IMG/VR virus record: IMGVR_UViG_3300037462_000126
Span: 1-25,560 of that record
Length of the DNA: 25,560 nucleotides
From: a virus
Lineage: Duplodnaviria > Caudoviricetes
Direction: 5' to 3' (one strand)
Below are positions 7,626 to 16,121 of the stretch, piece after piece. Every line of letters starts with the position of its first letter. Position 1 is the first letter of the stretch. Made by a program: the position numbers and the translations under genes. A model generated the notes under the pieces. It saw nothing but the letters and a program-made list of their open reading frames with translations, made no database searches and was not told where the DNA came from.

Positions 7626-10160
7626 ATGCGGATGTGGGGCACTGGATTTGGCGGCTTTGGCGCGGGCGGCGGCACGCCGCCTGGGCCACCAGGCGTGTCG
7701 CTGTCGATCACCGGCAGCCCGCCTGCCACGGTGCGGCAGTTCACGGCCTATGAATTTGTGCCGGTCGTGAGCGGTGGCACGCCGCCTTATACGTTTGCGC
7801 TCACATCCGGCACGCTCAATAGCGATTTTGTGATTGACCCTGAAGCCGGCACAATAACCAGTGCAAGCGCTGTTGAGTTGACAGCAATGACTGATTTGCG
7901 GCTGACCGCAACGGACGCGGCCGGAAATACAGCGACGCTCGGGCCGTTCTCGATCACGCCGCAGCAAGTGTTCTCAATTGTGGACACTGGCGCCAGCGGG
8001 CGCAGCTTGGCAGCGACAGGATGGGTGCCGCCGGCGGCCGTCGAGCAAGTGCTGATTGCCATGACAATTCGCATGGAAGGGTATCCTGCAAATAATCGCC
8101 GCATGTTTGTGTTGCACCAAACCGGCTCAACATCAAATGTGGGCCTGCTGGTGACTGTGGAGCCGACGGCCCAGCGCATTGGTTTTAGCATGACCAACAA
8201 CACGGCCTATCGTGTGTGGACTTCTAACGCCACGCCGGTGGGCCGCACGTTGCAGATATTTGCCCAGCTCACCACGTTGAGCGCTGCTGGCCGCACCACG
8301 CCAATCACGCGCGCGCGGCTATGGGTAAACGGCGTGTTTCAGCCTGGCGAAGTGGCATGGGGCGCTGCTGGGCCTGCTTCGCCAGCAGCAAATTATGCGC
8401 AATTAGAGTGCTTTGGCGTGTCCAATGCTAGCGTGCCTGATGTGTCGCTGGGCTATTTATGGGCAAAGTGTGGCACGTTGGCAGATTTTGGGCTGGTGAA
8501 CTTTGATGATCCGGCGGAGCGCGCCAAATTCGAAATGGGCGTGCTTGACCCGGTGAGCGGCGTCGTAGCGACGGGCATTGGCACGCTGACGCCTGACGTG
8601 TTCGTCCACGACACGTCTGCCAATTGGCAATCGGGCGCCATCGCCAACCGTGGTGCGGCTGGTGCGTTTGCGATCCCACGCATCAACGGCACCTATTCGG
8701 ATGGTGCGCTTTGGCAAGATGCGGCGTTCACGCTTGGCAATCCGGCGCCGACAAGCCGCACGGCGTTCACAAGCAACAACATCACGCTGAACTTTGCCAG
8801 CGCGCGCACCGGTGGCCAGTTTGCCAACGCCTATCTGTGGATTGATAACACTGCGGGGATCAACTTTACGACCGATCCGCCATCAGTGCAGCGCAACCGT
8901 CCGTTCCGAGATCGTGCGGGCACCGCCGGACTGGGCTGGGATAGCGGGGCAGAGCATAATCCGGGCAGCGTGGCCAAAATCGCCAGCCATCCAACCTTGC
9001 AAGGTGACGGAGCGCGGCAGGGGTATGATTTTTACCAAGACCCGGCCAATTATCATGTAAGCTATCAGGATAGCTTCAACATTGACCCTGGCCGCACAGG
9101 CACGCCTCTTGCCCTGACAAGTGGCACGCTGGTGAAATACGTCAGCAACAGCACGGTGAACTTCGTAAGCGGGGCGACCCAATCCGGCCGCGACAACCAA
9201 GCGCGCGCCGTGGCCTTCAGCTTTGACGTGCCGCCTGACACCACAAACCTGTATTTCATGCCGCGCCAGAACGGCGTTCCGTTGGTTGATGGCTTGGGCC
9301 GCAGCGCGTGGATTATCAGCCGCAACAGCGCAGGCGTATTTCAGCCTGATATTTCCATGCTGCCCAATATCGCCACGCCAACGGGCGTAACGCTGCCGCC
9401 GGCGGTGGCGCTGTATAATCAAATTCTGCGGTGGCAATCAGTAAGTCATTTGAATTTTGGCACAGCGCGTAATCTGGCCGCTCCATCGCAGATGACAAAT
9501 TATGGCCGCGAAGCGACGCTTCTGACCGGCAACATTGCGCTGTTGATGTGCATGAGTGCACTGACCAGCGATCAAAAGGCATTTTTAGCAGAAGCCATGA
9601 CGCAATATGGCATCTTCCTTGCGCGCCATATCGAGACTGGTGTGAACAACAGTGGCACCACTGGCATGGGCAACACGAGCACGGGCCGCAAAATGGCGCT
9701 GGCTATTGCTGCTCTGGTGACGGGCAACGCGCGGCTGCAAGATGCGCTCGCCAGCGCCACGACATCAAAGCAGGTGTATGCTGAAGACATTCAAATCCGG
9801 CCTGTGACGGCTGCCGATCAAGCAGAATGGCCGGGCACTGTCTATGACACGCTGCTTGGGCAAGGCGAGTGGACTGGTGGCAACCAGACGACCGGCGACC
9901 TAGTGCCTGCATGGACAACTGGCGAAAATGAGGCAGTGGAATATCGTCACAATTGGGCAAGTGCAATGATCCTGCACTATTGCGCAGTAAAGGCCATTCC
10001 AGGGCTGCAAACGCTGTGGAACAATACGCTGTGGCTGCAATACATGGAGCGCTATTATCAGACCGAGCTTGGACGTGGCTTTGCTGGCGATACAGGCAAC
10101 GTTGACCGTATGGACAATTTTGGTCGCCAATTCCGGGCGCAAAATCCGGGGCTGTTTTGA
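7626..10160 (+). CDS. 844-aa fibre/adhesin-like protein: Gly-rich N-terminal peptide, putative Ig domain, lectin (LamG)-like domain, large C-terminal domain
   Basis: SGGTPPYTFALTSGTL...LTATDAAGNTA Ig-like signature; Thr/Asn/Ser-rich; visibly lower GC and different codon usage from neighbours. Confidence 0.75.
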   Translation: MRMWGTGFGGFGAGGGTPPGPPGVSLSITGSPPATVRQFTAYEFVPVVSGGTPPYTFALTSGTLNSDFVIDPEAGTITSASAVELTAMTDLRLTATDAAGNTATLGPFSITPQQVFSIVDTGASGRSLAATGWVPPAAVEQVLIAMTIRMEGYPANNRRMFVLHQTGSTSNVGLLVTVEPTAQRIGFSMTNNTAYRVWTSNATPVGRTLQIFAQLTTLSAAGRTTPITRARLWVNGVFQPGEVAWGAAGPASPAANYAQLECFGVSNASVPDVSLGYLWAKCGTLADFGLVNFDDPAERAKFEMGVLDPVSGVVATGIGTLTPDVFVHDTSANWQSGAIANRGAAGAFAIPRINGTYSDGALWQDAAFTLGNPAPTSRTAFTSNNITLNFASARTGGQFANAYLWIDNTAGINFTTDPPSVQRNRPFRDRAGTAGLGWDSGAEHNPGSVAKIASHPTLQGDGARQGYDFYQDPANYHVSYQDSFNIDPGRTGTPLALTSGTLVKYVSNSTVNFVSGATQSGRDNQARAVAFSFDVPPDTTNLYFMPRQNGVPLVDGLGRSAWIISRNSAGVFQPDISMLPNIATPTGVTLPPAVALYNQILRWQSVSHLNFGTARNLAAPSQMTNYGREATLLTGNIALLMCMSALTSDQKAFLAEAMTQYGIFLARHIETGVNNSGTTGMGNTSTGRKMALAIAALVTGNARLQDALASATTSKQVYAEDIQIRPVTAADQAEWPGTVYDTLLGQGEWTGGNQTTGDLVPAWTTGENEAVEYRHNWASAMILHYCAVKAIPGLQTLWNNTLWLQYMERYYQTELGRGFAGDTGNVDRMDNFGRQFRAQNPGLF

Positions 10161-10185
10161 TGGGCCCACAGCAAAAAAGGATCGC

Positions 10186-11820
10186 ATGATGGAACCGCTG
10201 ATCAGCAAGCTAAAGCAGCGTTACGCGACCATGCTGGGGGAGCGCGCGCAGTGGGAAAGCCATTGGAGCGAGATCGAGCGGCGCGTGAGCCCGCGCGGCG
10301 ATGTGCTGCGGCGGCCGGCGGTGGGCGGGCGGCGCACCGAGTATATCTTTGAAAGCACCGCCACGCTGGGGCTGGAACGCTTTGCCGCTGCCATGGTGGG
10401 GCTGGTGGCGCCGCAGGGCCAGCGCTGGCACACGCTGACCACCACCGATCGCCGGCTGATGGCTGATATCCAGGTGCAGCGCTATCTTGAGGAGGTGAAT
10501 GACCTGCTGTTTGACTATCGCTATTCGGCGAGCAGCGGATTTTCGACCAACCTGTTCGAGTGCATGATCCAGTTGGGCAGCCTGGGCACGGCGCCAATCT
10601 ATATCGAGGATCAGCCGGCCAGCGGCATCAGCTACCGCGCCATGCACATCACCGAATGCTGCATCGATGTGGATCACCAAGGCCGGGTGGACACGGTGGG
10701 CCGCGAATTCGACTGGACGGCGCGGCAGGCCAAACAGAAATGGGGCATCGAGGCCCTGCCCCGCCAAGTGCGCGAAGCGCTGGACAAGCCCGACCGCAAA
10801 TTCACGTTCTGCCAGATGATCGCGCCGCGCGCCGATTATGATCCGAACCGCATGGACGCGAAAGGCAAGCGCTGGGGCAGCTGGTTCTGGCTGAAAGACA
10901 GCGGCGATGCCATCATTGCCGAAGGCGGCTTCAACACCATGCCGATCCCGGTGGCGCGCTACACCACGGCGCCGCGCGAGAATTATGGCCGCAGCCCGGC
11001 CATGATGGTGCTGCCCGATATCAAGATGATCAACGAGATGGCCAAGACGGTGATCCGCAGCGCGCACCGCAACCTGGACCCGCCGCTGCTGACCGCCGAT
11101 GATGGCGTGCTGACACGCATCCAGACCCGGCCCGGCGCCATCAACATCGGCGGCCTGAATTCGCGCGGGGACCAGATGGTGCGCCCGCTGCAAACCGGCG
11201 GCAGCCTGCCCGAAGCCCTGGAACTGCAAGCGCAGACGCGGCAGACGATCAAGGACGCCTTTTTCGTGAGCCTGTTCCAATCGCTGGTGGACGCGCCCGA
11301 CCGCATGACGGCGACCGAAGTGCTGGAACGGATGCGGGAACGCGGCGTGCTGCTGGCGCCGGCCGCCGGCCGCATCGAGACCGAACTGCTGGAACCGCTG
11401 ATCACGCGCGAGCTGGACATTCACGCGCGCGCCGGCCGCCTGCCGCCGATGCCGGAGGCGCTGGCGCGGGCCGGCGGCGATGTGAAAGTGGTTTACCAGA
11501 ACCCCATGAGCCGCGCGGCCAAAGCCGAGGAAGCCACCGGCTTTTTCCAGCTGGTCAACGCCATCACGCCGCTGGCCGCATCGGAGCCGGAAATCCTGGA
11601 CGCGCTGGACATGCCGGCGGCCGTGCGCGGCATCGCCAGCATCATCGGCGTGCCGGCACGCTGGATGCGCAGCGTGGAGGAAGCCAAGGCGCGGGCCGAT
11701 CAGCGCACGCAGGCAGCGCAAGTGCAGCAGCTGGCGGCGGCAGCACCGGCGGTGGCCGGCGCCACGCTGGACCTGGCCCGCGCCGAGCAGCTGGGCGGCG
11801 GCCTGGAAGCGGTGATCTAG
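10186..11820 (+). CDS. Portal / head-tail connector protein (T7 gp8-like); start 10186 or 10189
   Basis: Motifs ENYGRSPAM..LPDIK, RMTATEVLER..E, LEPLITR, VVYQNPMSRA; AAAGGA RBS. Confidence 0.93.
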   Translation: MMEPLISKLKQRYATMLGERAQWESHWSEIERRVSPRGDVLRRPAVGGRRTEYIFESTATLGLERFAAAMVGLVAPQGQRWHTLTTTDRRLMADIQVQRYLEEVNDLLFDYRYSASSGFSTNLFECMIQLGSLGTAPIYIEDQPASGISYRAMHITECCIDVDHQGRVDTVGREFDWTARQAKQKWGIEALPRQVREALDKPDRKFTFCQMIAPRADYDPNRMDAKGKRWGSWFWLKDSGDAIIAEGGFNTMPIPVARYTTAPRENYGRSPAMMVLPDIKMINEMAKTVIRSAHRNLDPPLLTADDGVLTRIQTRPGAINIGGLNSRGDQMVRPLQTGGSLPEALELQAQTRQTIKDAFFVSLFQSLVDAPDRMTATEVLERMRERGVLLAPAAGRIETELLEPLITRELDIHARAGRLPPMPEALARAGGDVKVVYQNPMSRAAKAEEATGFFQLVNAITPLAASEPEILDALDMPAAVRGIASIIGVPARWMRSVEEAKARADQRTQAAQVQQLAAAAPAVAGATLDLARAEQLGGGLEAVI

Positions 11821-11823
11821 GCC

Positions 11824-12153
11824 ATGGCCAATTGGGCAATGAAATTGGCCCGCAACGTGGCCGAGCGCTACCTGCACGAACGGCGGTGGCGCCGCTGGCA
11901 GGCGTATCGCGCGCTGTTCCAGGATGGCGACGGCAAACTGACGGCAGAAGCGGATATCGTGCTGGGCGACCTGCGCGATTTCTGCCGGGGCCATCAATCC
12001 ACCTTTGACCCCGATCCGCGCGTGCACGCCCTGATGGAAGGCCGCCGCGAAGTGTGGCTGCGCATCGCCGAGGCGCTGGCCATCGATGAACCCATGATGA
12101 TGCGACTGGATGCCAACCGACCCACAATCAGCGAGGGAGACGACAATGAGTGA
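11824..12153 (+). CDS. Bbp19-like phage protein (109 aa)
   Basis: YRALF...VLGDLRDFC...STFDPD....MEGRREVWLRI pattern; conserved position after the portal gene. Confidence 0.8.
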   Translation: MANWAMKLARNVAERYLHERRWRRWQAYRALFQDGDGKLTAEADIVLGDLRDFCRGHQSTFDPDPRVHALMEGRREVWLRIAEALAIDEPMMMRLDANRPTISEGDDNE

Positions 12154-12654
12154 CGATCTGACATGCGCAGCAATGCGAACCTTCATTGGCACGAAAGTGG
12201 TGCAAGCCAAGAGCGCCATCAAGGATGACGTGATTGGCTACAAGGTGGTCTATCCCGATGGCTATGAAAGCTGGTCGCCGCCGGAAGCATTTGAGGAGGC
12301 TTATCGGCTGACCGACGACTTCACCATGTCCTTTGGTCATGCCCTGGTCATGCTCAAGCGTGGAGCCAAGCTTACGCGGGCGGGCTGGAACGGGAAAGAT
12401 ATGTTCATCTTCCTGGTGCCCGGCTCACATTTCAAGGTGAACCGTCCGCCCCTGTTGGGCATCTACCCGGAAGGCACCGGCATCGATTATCGCCCGCACA
12501 TCGACATGAAAACGGCGCAGGGCGACGTGGTGCCGTGGGTGGCCAGCCAGAGCGACTTGCTGGCCGACGATTGGGCTGTGGTGGTCTGACCGACACGCCG
12601 GCCCAATCTCAACCGACCCACAATCAGCGAGGGAGACGACAATGAGTGACGATC
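12114..12654. repeat. Exact 45-bp direct repeats (12114-12158 and 12610-12654) flanking the DUF2829 gene
   Basis: CAACCGACCCACAATCAGCGAGGGAGACGACAATGAGTGACGATC read at both positions; includes the RBS and the first codons (MSDD) of both downstream genes. Confidence 0.95.
12146..12589 (+). CDS. tad2: Two-domain protein (147 aa): N-terminal FIGTK...GYESWSP..FEEAY domain fused to DUF2829 (Tad2-family nucleotide-signal sponge)
   Basis: C-terminal MSFGHAL..LKRG.KLTRAGWNGKDMFIFL...PWVASQSDLLADDW is the DUF2829 signature; GAGGGAG RBS; slightly lower GC than neighbours. Confidence 0.85.
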   Translation: MSDDLTCAAMRTFIGTKVVQAKSAIKDDVIGYKVVYPDGYESWSPPEAFEEAYRLTDDFTMSFGHALVMLKRGAKLTRAGWNGKDMFIFLVPGSHFKVNRPPLLGIYPEGTGIDYRPHIDMKTAQGDVVPWVASQSDLLADDWAVVV

Positions 12655-13592
12655 CGAATGAAGGCGGCGGCGCGGGCGGCGGTGGCGCAGGCGGGGACGG
12701 CGTAACGCCGGCCAGCGCGGCGGGGCTGCTGGGCGCGGCGGCCGAAGGTGGCGGCGGTGGCGCGGGCGGCGCGGGCGGCGGTGCTGGTGGCAGCGGTGAC
12801 GGCCAGAAGGGCGAGGCGCCGGACTGGTGGGGCACGCTGGCCGACACGGCGCCGGACAAAAAGACGCCGAGCGACCGCAAGTGGATCGAAAACAAGGGCT
12901 TCAAATCGCCGGCCGAAGCGATTGCCGCCTATCGCCAGCTGGAAAACCAGTTTGGCAGCGGTGAAAAGCTGGTGCTGCCCAAGGACGCCAACGATGCCGA
13001 TGGCTGGAACCGCGTGTTTACCGCGCTGGGGCGGCCGGAAGCGCCCGAAGGCTATGACGCCAAGCCGCTGGGCGACCAGGTGGACCCGGCCTTCTTTGGC
13101 GAATTCGCCAAGGCAGCACACGCGGCCGGCCTGACGCAGCGGCAGGTGGAGGCCGTGGCAGAATTCAACAACCAGCAGCTGGCCGCAGCGGCGACAGCCC
13201 AGGCGCAGCGCGAGAAGGCGGAAGGCGCCGAATTGCGCAAGACCCACGGCGCCGCGCTGGAAACCATGATGGCGCACACGGATCGGGCGCTGGCCGCCTA
13301 TGGCTTTACCGAGCAGGAAGCCATTGCCATGCGCCAGGCGCTGGGCGTGAAGCGATCACTGGAATTCTTTGCCAAGCTGGGCAGCGGCATGGCGGAAGAT
13401 GGCCTGCCCGGCAATGGCAACAAGGGCGGCGGCGGGGATCTGGCGACCATGCTGCAACGCAAGCAGCAGATCATCAAAGACCCGGAACTTGCCGGCAAGC
13501 TGCGGAACGGCGACCCGGCGCTGAAAGCCGAATGGGATGCCATCAACGCAGCCGAGGCCGCGCAACTGGAAGCGCAGCGCCGGGTGGCGTGA
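12642..13592 (+). CDS. Capsid scaffold/assembly protein (316 aa)
   Basis: Gly-rich disordered N-terminus, LGRPEAPEGY and AHAAGLTQRQ motifs, position between portal and capsid genes. Confidence 0.8.
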   Translation: MSDDPNEGGGAGGGGAGGDGVTPASAAGLLGAAAEGGGGGAGGAGGGAGGSGDGQKGEAPDWWGTLADTAPDKKTPSDRKWIENKGFKSPAEAIAAYRQLENQFGSGEKLVLPKDANDADGWNRVFTALGRPEAPEGYDAKPLGDQVDPAFFGEFAKAAHAAGLTQRQVEAVAEFNNQQLAAAATAQAQREKAEGAELRKTHGAALETMMAHTDRALAAYGFTEQEAIAMRQALGVKRSLEFFAKLGSGMAEDGLPGNGNKGGGGDLATMLQRKQQIIKDPELAGKLRNGDPALKAEWDAINAAEAAQLEAQRRVA

Positions 13593-13602
13593 TTTCAGGC
13601 TC

Positions 13603-13640
13603 TTGACGGCGGGCGGCACGCTGTGAGAGTGTGCCGCCCG
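13603..13640 (+). promoter_or_regulatory. Strong hairpin with an overlapping TTGACG box upstream of the capsid gene
   Basis: CGGGCGGCAC (13610-13619) / GTGCCGCCCG (13631-13640) stem, extendable to 13 bp; TTGACG at 13603-13608; -10 element unclear. Confidence 0.4.
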
Positions 13641-13801
13641 TGATCGCCGGATAAGGCTGGGCCAGTGCCCTCGCCCCCGGCCGGTGGCAACACCCACGGC
13701 GACGATCACCGCCCGCGACAGGCCAGCGCATCGGCCAGGACGGCCCGGCAACTCCGACAAGCCTCCGACCCTCAAGCATCGCTTTTGGATTGGAGCGCAT
13801 C

Positions 13802-14728
13802 ATGTCTGTCAACGTTACCGCCACGCAAATCGTTCAGTTCAAGAACAACATGGAGCTTTCGCTCCAGCAGACCCGGCCGAAGCTGTGGCCGCACCTGACC
13901 GAGGAAAGCGCCAGCGGCCGGCTTTCCGAGCTGACCAACCTGATCGGCCCGGTGCCCGGCCAGGAAGTGGACGAGCGCCACGGCGAAACCAAATACAACA
14001 ACACGCCGCATGACCGGCGCTGGGTGGCCAAGCGCAAGCCCTATACCTATGCCGACCTGGTGGACAGCGATGACCAGCTGCGCGCTGGCATCGATCTGCA
14101 AGGCGCCTATGTGCGCGCCGGCACCGCCACGATCAATCGCGGTTATGACGAGCGCTTCCTGCAAGGCTTTTACGGGGTGGCGCAGACCGGCGAGACCGGC
14201 AGCACGCTGGTTTCGTTCCCCGCCGGCAACATCATCGCCGCAGACGTGGGCGCCGGCACCGCGACCGGCATGAACGTCGAAAAGCTGATCGTGGCCAAGC
14301 AGCTGTTCATGGCCAACGAAGTCGATCTGGACATGGAAGAACTCTATGTTGCGCTGACCAGCGTGCAGTATGGCCAGCTGCTGCGCGACCTGCGCGCCAC
14401 GAGCCGCGATTTCGTGAGCCAGCAGCAGATGACCGTGATCGAAAGCGGCAAGCTGCCGATGCTGCTGGGCTTCAACTTCATCCAGATTGAATATGGCAAC
14501 GCCAACAGCTTCCCGCTGGCGGCGCCGCTTTCGCTGGATGGCAGCGGCCGGCGCCGCGTGCCGGTGTGGTGCAAGAGCGGCATGGCCGGCGGCGTGTGGG
14601 AAAAGCTGTTTGCCAGCATCGACACCCTGCCGGGCCGCAACCACAGCACGCAGGTTTATGCCCGCATGGACGTGGCCGCCGCCCGCACGCAGGAAGGCAA
14701 GTGCCTGCAAATCCTTTGCGCTGAATAA
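13802..14728 (+). CDS. Major capsid protein (308 aa, HK97 fold, BPP-1-like)
   Basis: QFKNNMELSLQQ..KL, NTPHDRRW, TSRDFV, LLGFNFI and AARTQEGKC motifs; GGAG RBS before ATG 13802; very strong codon bias. Confidence 0.9.
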   Translation: MSVNVTATQIVQFKNNMELSLQQTRPKLWPHLTEESASGRLSELTNLIGPVPGQEVDERHGETKYNNTPHDRRWVAKRKPYTYADLVDSDDQLRAGIDLQGAYVRAGTATINRGYDERFLQGFYGVAQTGETGSTLVSFPAGNIIAADVGAGTATGMNVEKLIVAKQLFMANEVDLDMEELYVALTSVQYGQLLRDLRATSRDFVSQQQMTVIESGKLPMLLGFNFIQIEYGNANSFPLAAPLSLDGSGRRRVPVWCKSGMAGGVWEKLFASIDTLPGRNHSTQVYARMDVAAARTQEGKCLQILCAE

Positions 14729-14739
14729 CCCCCCCGGCC

Positions 14740-14768
14740 GGCGGCGCGCCCCCGACCGGCGCGCCGCC
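14740..14768 (+). other. GC-rich intergenic stem-loop after the capsid gene (no U-tract)
   Basis: GGCGGCGCGCC / GGCGCGCCGCC inverted repeat. Confidence 0.5.
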
Positions 14769-14799
14769 AATCGGCCACCAGAACAAGGAATTTTGACCC

Positions 14800-15258
14800 A
14801 TGGCCCGTTTCTTCACCCCGCAGACCATTGGCAACCTGGACGGCACCACGCCGCCGGTGCGGCAGGCCCCCGGCCTGATGCACGCCAAGCTGCGCATCAT
14901 CCCTGCCCGCATCGATCTTGCCCAGGTGGGCGCCACCATCACCACCGCCGATGAAGTGGTGCTGGGCAAGGAATATGATGGCTATCGCTTTGCCTTTGGC
15001 ATCATGAACGCCAGCGTGACCATGGGCGCCAGCGCCCAGCTGGCCGTGGGCACCAGCCCGACCCACGCCAGCAATGGCCAGTATCGCGCGGCGGCCGTGT
15101 TCACCACCGTCAACACGCCGACGCTGTTTGGCCTGGCGGCGGCGCAGCAGGCCAACCCGCCTGCGGCCGAGCGCCTGGTGTTCCTGACCGTGGGCGCCGC
15201 CAACCTGCCCACCAGCGGCCTGCTGAACATCGATCTTTATTACAGCTACGTCGGATAG
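14800..15258 (+). CDS. Probable capsid decoration/cement protein (152 aa)
   Basis: AAGGA RBS; all-beta pattern ending LTVGAANLPTSGLLNIDLYY; directly after the capsid gene. Confidence 0.7.
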   Translation: MARFFTPQTIGNLDGTTPPVRQAPGLMHAKLRIIPARIDLAQVGATITTADEVVLGKEYDGYRFAFGIMNASVTMGASAQLAVGTSPTHASNGQYRAAAVFTTVNTPTLFGLAAAQQANPPAAERLVFLTVGAANLPTSGLLNIDLYYSYVG

Positions 15259-15278
15259 GGCCGCCCTCGCTTGGCCCT

Positions 15279-15320
15279 GGGGCCGGCCGGTGCGGGGGCG
15301 TGCCGGCCGGCCCCTTCCTT
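15279..15320 (+). terminator. Intrinsic terminator-like hairpin after the head genes
   Basis: GGGGCCGGCCGG / CCGGCCGGCCCC 12-bp stem followed by TTCCTT. Confidence 0.6.
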
Positions 15321-15343
15321 GACCCAGCCCCAGGAGAGCCGAC

Positions 15344-15538
15344 ATGCCGGCACGCCAATATCAAATCGCCGTGGGCGCCAAGGCCAGCGCCGTGGCCGTA
15401 TCCACCCCGGCCGATTTCGGCCCCAACCTGGTGCGCCTGCAAATCGATTATGTGGCCGGCCTGCCGCGCCAGCGCGTGATCGAGGCCATCGAAGAACTGA
15501 AAGAAGCCTTGATGGAAGGCGCATGGCCGCCGGCCTGA
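15344..15538 (+). CDS. Small hypothetical protein (64 aa)
   Basis: AGGAG RBS; good codon usage; ends in WPPA. Confidence 0.75.
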   Translation: MPARQYQIAVGAKASAVAVSTPADFGPNLVRLQIDYVAGLPRQRVIEAIEELKEALMEGAWPPA

Positions 15539-15554
15539 CCGTGGAGGCGGGCGC

Positions 15555-16121
15555 ATGGCCAGCTGGATCGAGATTGCCAACGCCGCGCTGGTGCGCATGG
15601 GATATGGCACCACGCTGACCGCGCTGGACGAGGCCGACAAGGCAGCGCGCGCCATCAACGCGGTGCTGTTCATGGAGCGGGATGCCGAATTGCGCGCCCA
15701 CCCATGGAACTTTGCGCACCGCCGCGCGCAGCTGACTGCGCTTTCCGTGGCGCCGGCCTTTGGCTTCACCCACCAGTATCAATTGCCCGCGGATTGGCTG
15801 CGCTTTGTGAAGCCGGAAGATTGCCACGAATGGGCCATCGAAGGCGGCATGATCCTGGCCAATGACGCTGGCCCGCTGAATATCCATTATGTGCGCCGGG
15901 TGGATGAACCGGGCCTGTTTGACCCGCAGTTTGCCATCCTGCTGGCCCTGCGCGTGGCCATGGCCATCTGCGAGGAACTGACCGGCAGCGCCTCCAAGAA
16001 ACAGGCCATCACGCTGGAACTGCGCGAGGCGCGGGCCGAAGCGCGGCGGATCGACGGGCAGGAAAACCCGCCAGAGGATCGCGCCGAAAGCGATTGGCTG
16101 CTTAGCCGGGAAGCCCCCTGA
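15555..16121 (+). CDS. Tail adaptor / tail tubular protein A (T7 gp11-like)
   Basis: IANAALVRMG, HPWNFA..R..L, YQLPADWLR, FDPQF motifs; GGAGG RBS. Confidence 0.88.
   Translation: MASWIEIANAALVRMGYGTTLTALDEADKAARAINAVLFMERDAELRAHPWNFAHRRAQLTALSVAPAFGFTHQYQLPADWLRFVKPEDCHEWAIEGGMILANDAGPLNIHYVRRVDEPGLFDPQFAILLALRVAMAICEELTGSASKKQAITLELREARAEARRIDGQENPPEDRAESDWLLSREAP

Noticed and set aside
4615-7689. 1024-aa minus-strand ORF
   Set aside because: Antisense shadow of terL and neighbours in high-GC DNA; no motifs, no RBS
7626-10160. Diversity-generating retroelement target, given the BPP-1-like gene set
   Set aside because: No reverse transcriptase and no template/variable repeat pair seen in the window; one could lie outside it
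12114-12654. 45-bp repeats as attL/attR or an IS target-site duplication
   Set aside because: No integrase or transposase nearby, no terminal inverted repeats, and too long for a typical target-site duplication
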